Origin: Candidatus Poribacteria bacterium
GTDB lineage: Bacteria; Poribacteria; WGA-4E; JAJDTR01
Direction of reading: 5' to 3'
Assembly (NCBI GenBank): GCA_965222225.1
Contig: CBDCTK010000002.1
Coordinates: 1,440,001-1,504,000, forward strand
DNA length: 64,000 bases
Shown: one piece after another, positions 31,111 to 42,660 of the stretch
How positions within the stretch are numbered: the stretch's first letter is position 1
How the letters are laid out: the number at the start of each line of letters is the position of its first letter
The notes under the pieces: generated by a model
Database searches by the model: none
Seen by the model: only the letters and a program-made list of their open reading frames with translations
What the model was told of the DNA's origin: nothing
Translations under genes and position numbers: made by a program

Positions 31111-32357
31111 GGACTTAGTAGTTAACTGCTTTTTGGTCGATTTGCTTGCTTTTCTCTTCTTAATGTACAATAACTTTAGACAGTGTTCGGAATCTTGATT
31201 CACACTAAAATACATCTCTATAAGAGAGAAATGGAGGCATATCATGTTGACCAAGCGTTTGTACATGCTCGCGGGAGCATTGCGGGTTATCTGCGGGATT
31301 TTAATTTCCAACACTATGGGATTTTCAGCACACCATGATGTTGTCGTTGACAGAATATACCGATAGCCAAACAATTCATGTGGCTCAGGTGAAGCATTCA
31401 TCAAAAAATCTTATGAAAATCTCATCATCTTTTCTGCGATTATATTTCCAGCAAGACTCCATGATATACAGTGGCAGCCACTTCTTGCTGTAGTGATGAT
31501 GCGTTCCGTAGAATGACCTCTTGACACAAGCCCAAAACGACTCGATGGTGTTGGTGTGAGTTACGCCGTCCTCAGAAACATATCTCTCTTGGTGATGGAT
31601 AACATGTCTTTCGATATCTTCGTCCAGACTATTGTAAGAGCGAAATTCATCAGTCATAAGAATAGACTCATCGGGTGAGACATTGCTAAGGATGAATTCT
31701 CTGATATTTTCACCAGATAGAACCTTCATGAATTTAGCAACCACCCGACCGCCTCTCTCGACTACGCCGATGACGGGAGATTTATTTGTGCCTCTACCTC
31801 TCTTAGATTTTGCTCTGGGTTTGCCGCCGACATAGGTTTCGTCCGCTTCAACTATCCCTTTCAGCAATTCATCACTATCACTCATTTTCTCACGGAGGCG
31901 CATTGCCATATACCAAGCGGACTTTTGATTCATGTCCAAGTCACGAGCAAGCTGACAACTCGATATGCTTTTCTTGGCATTGGAAAGAATTGAGATAGCC
32001 AAAAACCATTTCTGGAGAGGTATCTTGGTACCATGGAAGATGGTTCCTGCTGTAGCCGAAAAGCTAGATTCACAATCGTAGCAATTCCAACCAGTAGTAA
32101 TGTCGTTTTTGTTCTTGCGTCCAACTTTTTCACTGCCACAGTGGATACAGCAAACACCGTCCTTCCAACGTTTTTCCTCTATAAATCTGAGACAAGATTC
32201 TTGATTTGGAAACTCTTTCATAAGATTCAAAATGTCCATAGCAAACTCCTACGAGAAGAATAGTCACTATGGACATCTACGTGTGACGAAAAGATTTACG
32301 ACAGGGTACCAAGTTTTATGTTTGTCGTCAGTCTAAAAGCTACAAGCTACTAATTCC
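31111..32357 (-). mobile_element. IS1595-family insertion sequence
   Basis: Imperfect TIRs GGACTTAGTAGTTAACTGCTTTT / GGAATTAGTAGCTTGTAGCTTTT flank the transposase; no target duplication seen. Confidence 0.75.
31385..32239 (-). CDS. IS1595-family transposase
   Basis: Zn ribbon CIHCG/CYDC, GTIFH, EADETYVGG, TDE and HTNTIESFW motifs. Confidence 0.93.
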   Translation of the reverse strand: MDILNLMKEFPNQESCLRFIEEKRWKDGVCCIHCGSEKVGRKNKNDITTGWNCYDCESSFSATAGTIFHGTKIPLQKWFLAISILSNAKKSISSCQLARDLDMNQKSAWYMAMRLREKMSDSDELLKGIVEADETYVGGKPRAKSKRGRGTNKSPVIGVVERGGRVVAKFMKVLSGENIREFILSNVSPDESILMTDEFRSYNSLDEDIERHVIHHQERYVSEDGVTHTNTIESFWACVKRSFYGTHHHYSKKWLPLYIMESCWKYNRRKDDEIFIRFFDECFT

Positions 32358-32474
32358 GTATCCTTTTGATTTGCCGAGACATAACGTGCAAATCTGGGAG
32401 CATCAGTAGATCAATAGAATGGTAGGATTGCTCAACCCGTATAGTTTTGTAAAAAGTCGAGCTAAGACTACGGT

Positions 32475-34736
32475 TCACATCGTCGGCGGCTTCGGGAAGG
32501 GCCAATCTCCATTTGCCGAAGTTGTGTCGGATGTTTCAAGCCCAATCGCTTCTTCCTTTTTTTCAAATGCCCCGCGAATCCGGCTGCCGAGGTGGCTGTT
32601 CCTTTCAACAACCTTGTTGTTACGGAGGGCAATACCAAGCGCCTCTTTCGTTCCAACGATGACAACTAGCTCCTTTGCCCGAGTGATTGCAGTATAAAGC
32701 AGGTTGCGCTGAAGCATCATATAGTGTTGTGTCAGTAACGGTATAACAACAGCGGGATATTCGCTGCCTTGGGCCTTGTGGACAGTGGTGGCATACGCCA
32801 AGACTAACTCATTCAAATCTGCTATGTCATAGCGAACAACCTTTTCGGGAAACGAAATTAAGACCTGTTTTTCAATCGGGTCCACGCTGGAAATGCGGCC
32901 AATATCGCCATTGAACACCTCGTAATCGTAGTTGTTGCGGACCTGCATCACTTTATCGCCAACCCAAAAATTCCGTTCACCCCTTACCGTTTCAGCCAAA
33001 TCCGTATTTAGTGTCTCTTGTAGTCTCCTATTAAGATTGTCCGTGCCGACTGTGCTGCGACGCATCGGACAGAGCACTTGGATATCGTCCATCGGATGAT
33101 AGTCGTAGTGTTTAGGCAAACGATCTCGCACCAAGTTACAAATACAGGTGACAACTTCCTCCGGATCGGCCTCCTCAATGAAGAAAAAATTACGGTCTGA
33201 TGGTCCCGTGACTTTAGGGTGTCTACCCCGATTAACCCGATGGGCATTGGTCACAATCAAGCTTTCCTGAGCTTGTCGAAAAATCTCCATCAATCTTACA
33301 ACCGTAATTTTGTCGGACGCAATAAGATCTTTAAGGACATTTCCTGCCCCGACTGACGGTAGTTGATCTACATCGCCGATAAAAATGAGCATGGCTTCTG
33401 ATGGGACTGCCTTTAGAAAGTTGTTCATCAACACGAGATCTAACATTGAGATTTCGTCGATGATGACCGCGTCCGTTTCCAGCGGATTTTCCGCATTCCG
33501 TTTGAAGCCGTTCTCCTGCGGTGAAAACTCTAGAAGGCGATGAATGGTTTTCGCTTCGCGCTTTGTTGTTTCACTTAAACGTTTCGCGGCGCGTCCCGTT
33601 GGCGCGGCTAAGGTAATTCGTCTTCCGAGTTGCTCGAACAAGTAGATAATCCCGATTGTCGTCGTCGTTTTCCCCGTCCCTGGACCACCCGTCAAGATCA
33701 TCGCTCGCGAAGTCAATGCTTTCCTGATTGCTTCTCGCTGATTTGCCGCAAATGACATTCCCATCTTAGTTTCGAGTTGTGTAATGGAATGATCTAAAAA
33801 ACCCGGATTATACTGAGCGGTCGGGTATTTCAAGAGTCGTGAAAGATTATTCACCACGCCAATCTCAGAATAATAAAAGGGTGCAAGGTATACGGCTTCC
33901 TCAGCCTCAGTCGGTACGGGAATTCCCAAATTCTCGGGGATAATCTCTTCATTGACAGCTAACACTGCTATCCCGTTCTCGATTGCCTCAGTAGAGAGAC
34001 CCAATATCTCTTGCGACGCAGCAATCAACTCATGACGATACAGGAAGACATGGCCATCGTCCGCCTTCTGACTCAGGACGTATTTCAAACCGGCTTTGAC
34101 GCGATGCGGCGATTCATTGTCCATTCCCAGCTTTTCTGCGATCGTATCGGCTGTTTTAAACCCGATTCCGTAAATGTCATCTGCAAGGCGATATGGGTTT
34201 TCGCGGACAATCGGCACGGAGTCGCTCTGATAGGTTTTATAGATTTTAGCTGCATGGGTGGTGCTCACATTATGAGACTGCAAAAAGAGCATTACGTTCT
34301 TGACTTCCCGCTGTGCTTCCCACGCCTCCATAATCATATTAACCCGCTTCTTCCCAATTCCTTGTACCTGCATCATCTTTTTAGGCGTGCTCTCAATCAC
34401 ATCCATTGTTTCCATACCGAAGCAATTGACGATTCGCCCCGCCATTACAGGCCCAATTCCTTTAATTAGACCAGAGCCTAAGTATTTCCTCATACCCACG
34501 ACCGTGGCGGGCAGAACTGTTTCATATCCTTCAATCTGAAACTGTTTGCCGTATTTTGGATTGTTGGTCCAAATCCCTTTGAGAAGCATGCTTTCACCGG
34601 CATTGGCGGACGCGAGGTTACCTACAACCGTAATCAATTCATTCGGGTATTCACGCGAGGAGAGCCTTCCTATCGTGTAACCTGTTTCGGCATTTTCGAA
34701 AACGATTCGTTCTAGAATACCTTGAAGTGCTTCCAT
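32475..34736 (-). CDS. recD2: ATP-dependent RecD2 helicase
   Basis: YLGSGLIKGIGP HhH, GGPGTGKTT, APTGRAAKRL, IDEISM and TVHKAQGSEY motifs. Confidence 0.95.
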   Translation of the reverse strand: MEALQGILERIVFENAETGYTIGRLSSREYPNELITVVGNLASANAGESMLLKGIWTNNPKYGKQFQIEGYETVLPATVVGMRKYLGSGLIKGIGPVMAGRIVNCFGMETMDVIESTPKKMMQVQGIGKKRVNMIMEAWEAQREVKNVMLFLQSHNVSTTHAAKIYKTYQSDSVPIVRENPYRLADDIYGIGFKTADTIAEKLGMDNESPHRVKAGLKYVLSQKADDGHVFLYRHELIAASQEILGLSTEAIENGIAVLAVNEEIIPENLGIPVPTEAEEAVYLAPFYYSEIGVVNNLSRLLKYPTAQYNPGFLDHSITQLETKMGMSFAANQREAIRKALTSRAMILTGGPGTGKTTTTIGIIYLFEQLGRRITLAAPTGRAAKRLSETTKREAKTIHRLLEFSPQENGFKRNAENPLETDAVIIDEISMLDLVLMNNFLKAVPSEAMLIFIGDVDQLPSVGAGNVLKDLIASDKITVVRLMEIFRQAQESLIVTNAHRVNRGRHPKVTGPSDRNFFFIEEADPEEVVTCICNLVRDRLPKHYDYHPMDDIQVLCPMRRSTVGTDNLNRRLQETLNTDLAETVRGERNFWVGDKVMQVRNNYDYEVFNGDIGRISSVDPIEKQVLISFPEKVVRYDIADLNELVLAYATTVHKAQGSEYPAVVIPLLTQHYMMLQRNLLYTAITRAKELVVIVGTKEALGIALRNNKVVERNSHLGSRIRGAFEKKEEAIGLETSDTTSANGDWPFPKPPTM

Positions 34737-35717
34737 GGACAAAAGACCTGGTCTACAAGTTTATGAGTTTGTTCAAGCGTTAGCGACTAAATCCACGTCT
34801 TGGCGCTTTCTCTGCTATGAATATACAACTCCGCTATTTATGCCGTAGCTGTTAGGTTATTGCCTTTTGAATTCGATAATTGAATTGCCCCACAGAAATT
34901 TACGTTAAGAGTTGGGTAGACCTCTAAACACTGCTAATCCCCCAAATGAATACGTTTATAGCGCTGTTCAAATGCCTGTTGGCCGCCTTCCAGAATATCG
35001 CATATTGCTTTCCGAACCTGTTTGTTTTGAATGCTAGACATGTGTCGTACAAGGGTCTCACGGTCTACCATCTCAAGTGGCAAAACCATCTCCGCATCGC
35101 CATTCACTACGATGTTGGCATTGTGCGTGGCGACGATAACCTGCCTTCGGCTTTTCGATTTCCTCAACTGTTCGACAATCAAATTGTAGATTAGCTCATT
35201 GTCTAGGTCGTCCTCAGGTTGGTCCAACAAGAGAGGCTCCTCTCCATACGATAAAATAAACGCTAACAACGCCGCTGTCTTTTGACCTGGTGATCCCTGC
35301 TCTATTCGTTGGCGGTTCTCGCCAAAGGTAACTTCCAGAGCATCCTTGGGAAACCATAACATACAATTGTCGATTGACTCGTCTGTTATTGACTCGTCTG
35401 TTAATGATTTCAAATAACTGGCGAACCGGGTATCTTGGGCATCCCTGTCTCCGTTGAGAATGCCCTGGATTGCAATTTTGAGATTTACAATTCGCTTGTT
35501 CCAGTTCTTGTGATAGATTTTCTTGAATTCTTCAATATCCTTGTCGAATCGCCCTTTACAATTTAGTATACGACGCATTTCTTTCTCTACGCCATCCCAA
35601 TCTTCGCCTAGAGTCTTGACCTTGATGCTAACCGCCGGATTGTCGCGCAAAACATTGCAAAGGAATTTTCGCCGCTTTTCCGAGAGTTTTGTCCTGTTGT
35701 CTTCAATTTGATCTAGC

Positions 35718-36761
35718 TAGGAGTTACGCAGTTGAGTGAAAATAGGTTATAATTTGAGTATGAATCCCCCTAAATATACTGACACTGACTATATTGATTT
35801 CTTGGTAGCCGCTCAGAAAAGTTACAGTTGTCTTGAATCGGAAAAAGTTCAACCCCAAGCTGATAATCCTCCGGCTCACGATTCGATAACACGGCTCTTG
35901 CATCGAGAGGAACCCGATACTGGCAAACTGTGGCAAGAATCGAGAAATCAGGTGAAATTAGAATCCGGAATTTTAGTTATAGATGACTCGACTCTGGATA
36001 AACCTTATTCACAAAAGATTGAACTCGTGACAAAACACTGGTCAGGGAAACACCACCGAGTTGTGAATGGGATTAACTTGGTCACTTTGCTCTGGACGGA
36101 TGGCGATAGACATATTCCGTGTGATTATCGAATCTATGATAAAGCCAAAGACGGCTTGACGAAGAATGAGCATTTCCGCGCCATGCTTGAAGAAGCGAAA
36201 ACACGCGGTTTTGCTCCTGAATGTGTGTGTTTTGATAGTTGGTATGCCAGTCTAAAGAATCTAAAAGCGGTGCGAGGTCATGGTTGGAAGTGGCTTACTC
36301 GTCTAGCTGCCAACCGACTTGTCAGTAAAGATTATTCCGGTAACCGTCCGGTGAGTACGCTTCCGAGTGAATCAACAGGTACAATTGTCCATCTCAAAGG
36401 CTATGGATTGATTCGAGTATTTAAGGTTGACACTCCAGAAGGTGACATTGAATATTGGGCAACGAATGATTTACAGATGGACGAATTGACGCGTCTCAAA
36501 TATGCCGAATGGTCTTGGACAATAGAAGAATATCATCGCGGGATTAAGCAATTTGTTGGCATTGAACGCGCACAAGTGCGCTCTGCTCGCACTCAAAGAA
36601 ATCATATCGGTTTAGCGCTGAGAGCCTTTCTGAGAATTGAGCACTATTGCTATCATACCGGTATCAGTTGGTTTGATGCAAAACTCTCTATTGTCAGAGA
36701 TGCGGTACGGGCTTATTTGGCACAACCTCTTTATACGCTTCAGCCAACTGCGTAACTCCTA
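35718..36761 (+). mobile_element. IS701-family insertion sequence
   Basis: Perfect 17-bp TIR TAGGAGTTACGCAGTTG; direct repeat CTAGC at 35713-35717 and 36762-36766. Confidence 0.92.
35760..36755 (+). CDS. IS701-family DDE transposase
   Basis: HDSITRLL, VIDDSTLDK, FDSWY and WTIEEYHRGIKQ motifs; the ORF runs into the right TIR. Confidence 0.9.
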   Translation: MNPPKYTDTDYIDFLVAAQKSYSCLESEKVQPQADNPPAHDSITRLLHREEPDTGKLWQESRNQVKLESGILVIDDSTLDKPYSQKIELVTKHWSGKHHRVVNGINLVTLLWTDGDRHIPCDYRIYDKAKDGLTKNEHFRAMLEEAKTRGFAPECVCFDSWYASLKNLKAVRGHGWKWLTRLAANRLVSKDYSGNRPVSTLPSESTGTIVHLKGYGLIRVFKVDTPEGDIEYWATNDLQMDELTRLKYAEWSWTIEEYHRGIKQFVGIERAQVRSARTQRNHIGLALRAFLRIEHYCYHTGISWFDAKLSIVRDAVRAYLAQPLYTLQPTA

Positions 36762-39152
36762 CTAGCAACGCTTTTTTGTTGTCTTCTAACTTTTTGGCTC
36801 GAGATTTGAATTCGAAAATACTGTCCAAATCCTTCTGAATATCCTCTCGTTGCTTTAATAGTTGGGAATATTTGTCTGGATCTATGCCTTGAAGTTCAAG
36901 CTCAGAGGATAATGACTCGTACTGCTTCATGTCTGACTCAAGTCCTTGCATCCAGACAGCGGCATTCTTTTCAGTTTGCCATTGAGTAATTACCAACATG
37001 GCTTCTTGTGCCAATTCGTCTAATTTATCGCTAATGCCACGCCATTTCTCATTTGCTTTTCTCAGATCCGGCAATATGTCGGGATGCTCTGAAAAATTTT
37101 CTTCTCTGAACTGTGCCGGGGCAATTTCGTCTTTCATCTTCGAAAGACGAAGACTCATCGTTCGCCACTGTGTTTCCACGTTCTCAAACTCGGTTACTTG
37201 TTCCTGACGTTTTCGGTATTTTTGCAACAGTTTCTCATGCCCCGATCCTTCAATATGTTTAATCTGACTCGCGAGGTCGTTTGACTTCCCTAGAAGCTCG
37301 TTCTCCCGATTGATTTTTCTCGTCGCCTCCGTCAATTCATTTGTAGTTTTCTTGTATTCGCCAACCAACCTTTTGTATTCCTCATCACTCGTGTCCCAAT
37401 CCACCTCAGGAGCTTTATCAATAATATCAAGCAGTGCACTCGGCTCGTTGGCAATATCGAAAATCTGTTTCTGGCTATAAATGTACGCCGGAAAAAGCGA
37501 AGTTATCTCACCGCGACAACTCCTCCAATCACCATCTTCATGCTTTTCCAAAGACGCAGGGACAGGGGACGCGGCGTTCCATTGCAAACGATAGCGCGTA
37601 CCATGCCTTCGGTAAATTAACCGAATTCTGCTTTCTTCTGTCAAGAGGGCATCATCCTCTATATTGTAGTACCGACCATTTTCCTGTTGCATTGAATCTG
37701 GCAGATCTTTAACGCGCTCTAGGACTAATCGCATGAACTCTAGTATGGTGGTTTTGCCACTGCCACGCCCTCCAATAATAGTGTTGAGAAATGGGCTTAA
37801 TTGGAACCTAAGTGGGTCGGTATGTCCAATGTGTTTTGACTTGGAAATCTCCAATTCTTCGACAAAGTATGATGGAGGTTCGTTCGGGCTGTCGTCCATA
37901 TTTCGCTTCACAGATACAACACCATCTCTCAGAGCAAGTTCTAATCCATCTATGGAAGGGGTGTCCATCTTTATCCAAGTAAACGTGCCGAACGTACTAC
38001 CGCTAAAACTGTGGGTGTCGGATCCTTTGACTTCAGTCCATCTCAGTTTTTTGTCCGTGTATATTTGGGGTTTCGGGGAACTTTCCTCGCACAACTCCAT
38101 GGCGTAAGTGTTTTCGTTGTTCAACGACTGCTCTAGCGTTGGGCCCCTAACTTGAAACAGACCCTTTGTCTTGTCGACATGGGCAGGAATAGCGATACCG
38201 CCTCGTTTACAAATCTCATTAAGAACTTCAATAAGGCTTTTGTTCGTTACTGTGTCGCTATGTCCTTTTCGGCCCGGGTAATCTACGGCTCCTATCAATT
38301 GATCGATATAGCCCCGATCCCTTTCACACCCGAATATCGCTAAAATATGAACATCGCCGTGGGCCGATATCTCTACGCCTGGAAACAGATAAAGAGGTCG
38401 GTACCATTCGGGTTTGGTTTTTTCTATGTGATTTAATGCCTGCTTCAAGTCATCTATCCAGTCGCCCGAGTTATGGTCCGTAATTGCTACGCAATCAATT
38501 TCCTGCGCCATAAACGCTTTTAACCAACATTCAGGCTCAACGTTGTCCTTGAAGTCATGAGAAACAGGAGTGTGAGTGTGAAAGTCGAATTTCCACCACC
38601 GTGCCCCCACAAATTGATGTTTGTTCATATTACTACCTCCAATACAGTTTCGGTATCTCCAGAACCGTAAAACGGCTTATCCTTTTCCAAGCGTTCGTCA
38701 TTGCTCCATCTTATCTCTGAATAATGAAACGGGGGTAATTTCTTCTGATTTTTTGTCTTTACAGATATGTTAGGTTTTGAATTGTCGTCTTCAAATAATT
38801 GAATTGGCGTGTGCAAACGCTTCCCCCAAACAGCATTGTTGAGCGCTCAATTATCGGACACCGCACCAAGCGAGTTCTCAATATTTTGAAGAGTTCAAAC
38901 TTAATCCAACTTGTCAGATATTCCGTCGTGCATCTCATTCATTGCAGTCGGAAGGAAGGGGGTATATTAACATGTTCAATGGTGTTTCGTCTAATTTTTG
39001 ACTTTACGTGAAACGCAGTCACTAGGTATAATGCAAATAGCGCGAAATCGGGAGATATGTTTCGCTTGATGGCAACCAGAAATCGCGATTAGCCGATGGA
39101 ATCTTAATGTTCAACATATTCTCGGGATTGTCAATTGCAATACCTGACCTGA

Positions 39153-39740
39153 TTGGCTTGGTTCACTACATTTGCCAATAGTTGTGGCTGTAGGACCTTC
39201 CGTTTCTGGATCGAAGAAGTTGGTTGGAGATTCAAGGAGGATATCATCTGGGAAAAACCAATTTCAAGATATAAGAGATCCGGTGTTTTGATGCGGCATC
39301 CATATCCCGGCTACTACTACCCAAGCTTGGTCGCGGAATATGTGTTTGTATTCCAGAAACCAGCGGCGACGAAAAAGCATTTCAACATATATTGGAATCG
39401 AAGTCCTGCCGAGAAAGCCGCAAACGAAATTGACATGTCGGACTATCAGGGCGAAAAAAGCAAGAACGTCTGGAAGATTCGTCAGTTAGCTCCACAACAA
39501 AACCTCCATCCCTGTCCATTTCCGCTGGAGCTTGCAGAAAGGGTAATTGAACTGTATTCGAATAAAGGAGATTCAGTCATAGACATCTTTGCTGGAAGCG
39601 GGCAAACAAACTGCGCTGCAGAAAAACTAGGACGAAAACATCTCGGTATTGAAACTCAACAGAAGCACATTGATTATGCGGTACAGCAACTTAATCAAGT
39701 TTTGGCACAGCTAGAGTTATTTGATTCAAATCACGCATGA
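39153..39740 (+). pseudogene. 5'-truncated N4/N6 DNA methyltransferase (beta class)
   Basis: IIWEK, HPCPFPLELAERVI and VIDIFAGSGQT (motif I) are present; the catalytic (S/D)PPY N-terminal part was not found. Confidence 0.75.
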
Positions 39741-40827
39741 AAGGTTGTTTGATGAATATTTACGCCGACCTTACCGAAGTAACGTATACGCCGACCCTTT
39801 GCTCTAGTCTAAAACACTTTCCCATAGACCAACTTCCGTTGGCGCTGCCAAATAACGCAACCTTTCTCTTGACGATTGATTCGGCAAACCAACTCGCTGT
39901 CAGTTGGTGGGTTACTCCGAAAAGGACAAGGTCGTATCCTTACGCGAGAGTTTATGATACCTTAGGTTTTTCTGGTAAGAAGGTTAACATAGTACCCTTT
40001 ATGAAGGACGAATATGAAGGACGAAGATCGGGACTTTGTGCAATGGGACACCATCTGTTTAATGAGTCTGTTGGACGTATATGTCGTGATAGCTTACTAT
40101 GACGATGCCACAAAGAACATCAAATACAACGATAAAATAACTCAACAGAGATTCAATACAGAACATATCGTCAATGAAATCGCCCAGCTTTTATCCTACC
40201 AATCTGATGCTTTACACTGGAATTTATCGCGCGTTGATGATATCGCGGGGATCGGTCAAATGGCATTAGACGCGTATACTGCAATTTCACACAAACTCGA
40301 TGTTGAAATGACCTCATGGGAAAGTGCTCACCATCGAATTACGAACCTGCGCCAAAACAAAGAGCATTTTATGCAATACTCAAGAAAACTGGCAAAGCAA
40401 GCACAAACAAGAGAAAGTCTAACCATTCAGCCAAAAGAACTCTTAACTGGCATCAAAGCAACGTTGACCATACAGAATTTTCTCGGAGGTTGTTACTATT
40501 GGACCTGTGACGAGGTTGAAATTCATGGCAACCAAATGCATTTGATTGAAGGGAAGCACTCTTAGGAAAGCAAAACTGCCATCAGATGGTGACACTAAAG
40601 ATGCACTGCTGAAAATGATGCTATTTGCGAATTTGGAAAACCTTAGAGTTGGAGCGAAACAATACATTCCTATACCAATTGTGAAACTGACGACAGCCCC
40701 TGGTCTGAGTCTAAAATCCCAAAGTGCCAAAATGAAATCGAAGCTACGAAAGCTATGGCACGAATCACACATTAACGGGTTCCGGGTTTCCATCAATGGA
40801 GAATATCTGACCTTACATTCCATGTGA
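39737..40827 (+). pseudogene. Frameshifted putative type II restriction endonuclease
   Basis: Three overlapping ORFs coupled (ATGA) to the methyltransferase; CDE...IEGKH is a PD-(D/E)xK-like motif; shifts occur near 40013 and 40560. Confidence 0.6.
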
Positions 40828-41023
40828 TGGATATTATCAGGCTACGCAGTGATTGCAGATAATAGTTGCTCTCTGGAACTTCATCCCTTGTCACGTGAGA
40901 GAATTCCGTTGAATATATCCTCATTGTCTTGAATTATTTTGTCCTTTGGTGTGTCGCATCCTCGGGCCCATACGGATAAGTTAACAGTGTTCTTCTGGCC
41001 GCCTTAGAAAATCTTTACCTCCG

Positions 41024-42256
41024 TTATTCAAGCGTCGTCATCAACTTCTTGAATGCGTTCAATTGCGGTTGAATGATATGTGGCTCCCCAACTTTCGCAT
41101 CAAGGGCTTCAATTGTTTTCAATCCGTTGCCGGTGATGCCAACAACGATTCGGTCTTCTCGCCCGATATGCCCACTCTCAATGAGTTTCTTCGTCACGGC
41201 GAGAGTCACACCTCCCGCGGTTTCAGTAAAGATTCCTTCGGTAGCAGCGAGGAATTTAATCGCTTCAACAATCTCTTCATCCGTAGCGTACTCTCCCTGT
41301 CCGCCCGATTCGCGAACCGTGGAGACAGCGTAGATGCCATCGGCGGGATTCCCTATTGCAAGGGACTTTGCGATTGTGTCCGGCTTGACCGGCTTTACAA
41401 AGTCTCCATCCTCCTTAAGCGTGGCAACGATTGGTCCGCAACCCTCAGCCTGAGCCACATGAATTTTTGTCTTCGGTTCGTCGATTAAACCCAAGAGATG
41501 GAATTCTTTCAACGATTTCTTGGCTTTTGTAACGAGTGAACCTCCCGCTGCAGGTAGAATGAGGTGATCGGGAGCTTCCCAGCCGAGTTGCTCAATTAGT
41601 TCGAAGCAGAGCGTTTTCGAGCCTTCCGCATAGAACGGACGGAGGTTAATATTTGCGAATGCCCAAGGATATACACCGGCGATTTCACTACACAAACGGT
41701 TGACATCATCGTAATTGCCTGTGATGCCCACGACGGTCGGCGCGTAAACCAGTGACGCAATCACTTTGCCAAGTTCAAGGTCCGCAGGGATAAAGATGTA
41801 GCAGTTAAGGTTTGCAATCGCAGCCTGTGCCGCAACCGAATTCGCCAAGTTTCCTGTTGATGCACACGACACCGTGTCAAATCCAAACTCTTTTGACTTG
41901 CTTAGTGCGACTGCGACAACCCGATCTTTGAAGGAAAGCGTAGGATGACAGACAGAATCGTCCTTGATATAGAGTTCTTTGACTCCAAGGGCGTCTTCCA
42001 GATTCCTTGCACGGATAAGTGGCGTAAACCCTGAATTTAAACCGTCTGTGGGTTCTCCATCTATCGGTAGCAAGTCCGCATATCGCCACAAGCTGTCGGG
42101 ACCATCCTCGATCGATTTGCGAGAGATTGATTTTCGGATAACCTCATAATCGTAGTCTACCTCAAGCGGGCCAAAACAGAACTCGCACACATGCAAAGGT
42201 TCTTTCGGGTACTGGCGTTCACATTCTCGACACTTGAGTCCAATGACCTTCTCCAT
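41024..42256 (-). CDS. thrC: Threonine synthase
   Basis: Zn-ribbon N-terminus, PTLSFKDR (PLP Lys), CASTGNLA and ITGNGLKT; start MEKVIG follows GGAGG. Confidence 0.88.
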   Translation of the reverse strand: MEKVIGLKCRECERQYPKEPLHVCEFCFGPLEVDYDYEVIRKSISRKSIEDGPDSLWRYADLLPIDGEPTDGLNSGFTPLIRARNLEDALGVKELYIKDDSVCHPTLSFKDRVVAVALSKSKEFGFDTVSCASTGNLANSVAAQAAIANLNCYIFIPADLELGKVIASLVYAPTVVGITGNYDDVNRLCSEIAGVYPWAFANINLRPFYAEGSKTLCFELIEQLGWEAPDHLILPAAGGSLVTKAKKSLKEFHLLGLIDEPKTKIHVAQAEGCGPIVATLKEDGDFVKPVKPDTIAKSLAIGNPADGIYAVSTVRESGGQGEYATDEEIVEAIKFLAATEGIFTETAGGVTLAVTKKLIESGHIGREDRIVVGITGNGLKTIEALDAKVGEPHIIQPQLNAFKKLMTTLE

Positions 42257-42282
42257 ATTTTTCCTCCACTGTTTATCAATAT

Positions 42283-42319
42283 AAAAAAAGCCTACTATCA
42301 CAGGGTTGCGATAATAGGC
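42283..42319 (-). terminator. Intrinsic terminator within the thrC 5' leader
   Basis: GCCTATTATCGC-AACCCT-GTGATAGTAGGC followed by T7, just upstream of the RBS. Confidence 0.75.
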
Positions 42320-42660
42320 AATCTCGCGAAAAATATATCTCTAACTTAATCTCGAACCCCCTATCTCTGTCTGGACAAGAAATACCGGTATCACCGTCGC
42401 GAGATTAGCACATCGCATAATCGTATAAGTATAATTCCAATAAGTGACGTGTTGTTCAGGTAACGCGAGGTTTGAGAGACTAGCGTATAATTTTATCCTC
42501 TCCGATGTCCGATAAAATCGCTTCCACATACTCCCTGCTGTTGTACGAAACTTTCCAAGTATTTTGGGAAATCTAGGTTCCTCCGTGCCGCCTGTAGCAG
42601 ACGGTATAAAGATGAGGAGTTTGCAATCTTGCTCACCTTGAGGTTGCCGCAACCGCACAA

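Larger units (their letters stand above)
34934..38628 (-). pseudogene. PHP-domain + ABC/SMC-type ATPase (TrlF/Ppl-like), interrupted by an IS
   Basis: N part DFHTHTP, ITDHN, PAH, GSDTH and GGRGSGKT; C part GSPGQK, LDQPEDDLDN and ATHNAN. Removing 35718-36761 and one CTAGC copy restores an 881-aa frame (...KKALLDQIEDNRTK...). Confidence 0.88.

Noticed and set aside
35373-35402. 15-bp tandem duplication (ATTGACTCGTCTGTT x2) in the ATPase C-terminal part
   Set aside because: In-frame 5-aa slippage (TDESI x2) with no evident function.
36694-36761. Apparent C-terminus VGVTQLAEAYK... of the 644-aa ORF
   Set aside because: Read-through into the IS end; not native protein.
42590-42655. SAM-I riboswitch-like words (GGCAACC, AAGGTG, AAGATGAG)
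   Set aside because: The words lie on different strands or in the wrong order, and the ATC..GAGGGA core is absent.
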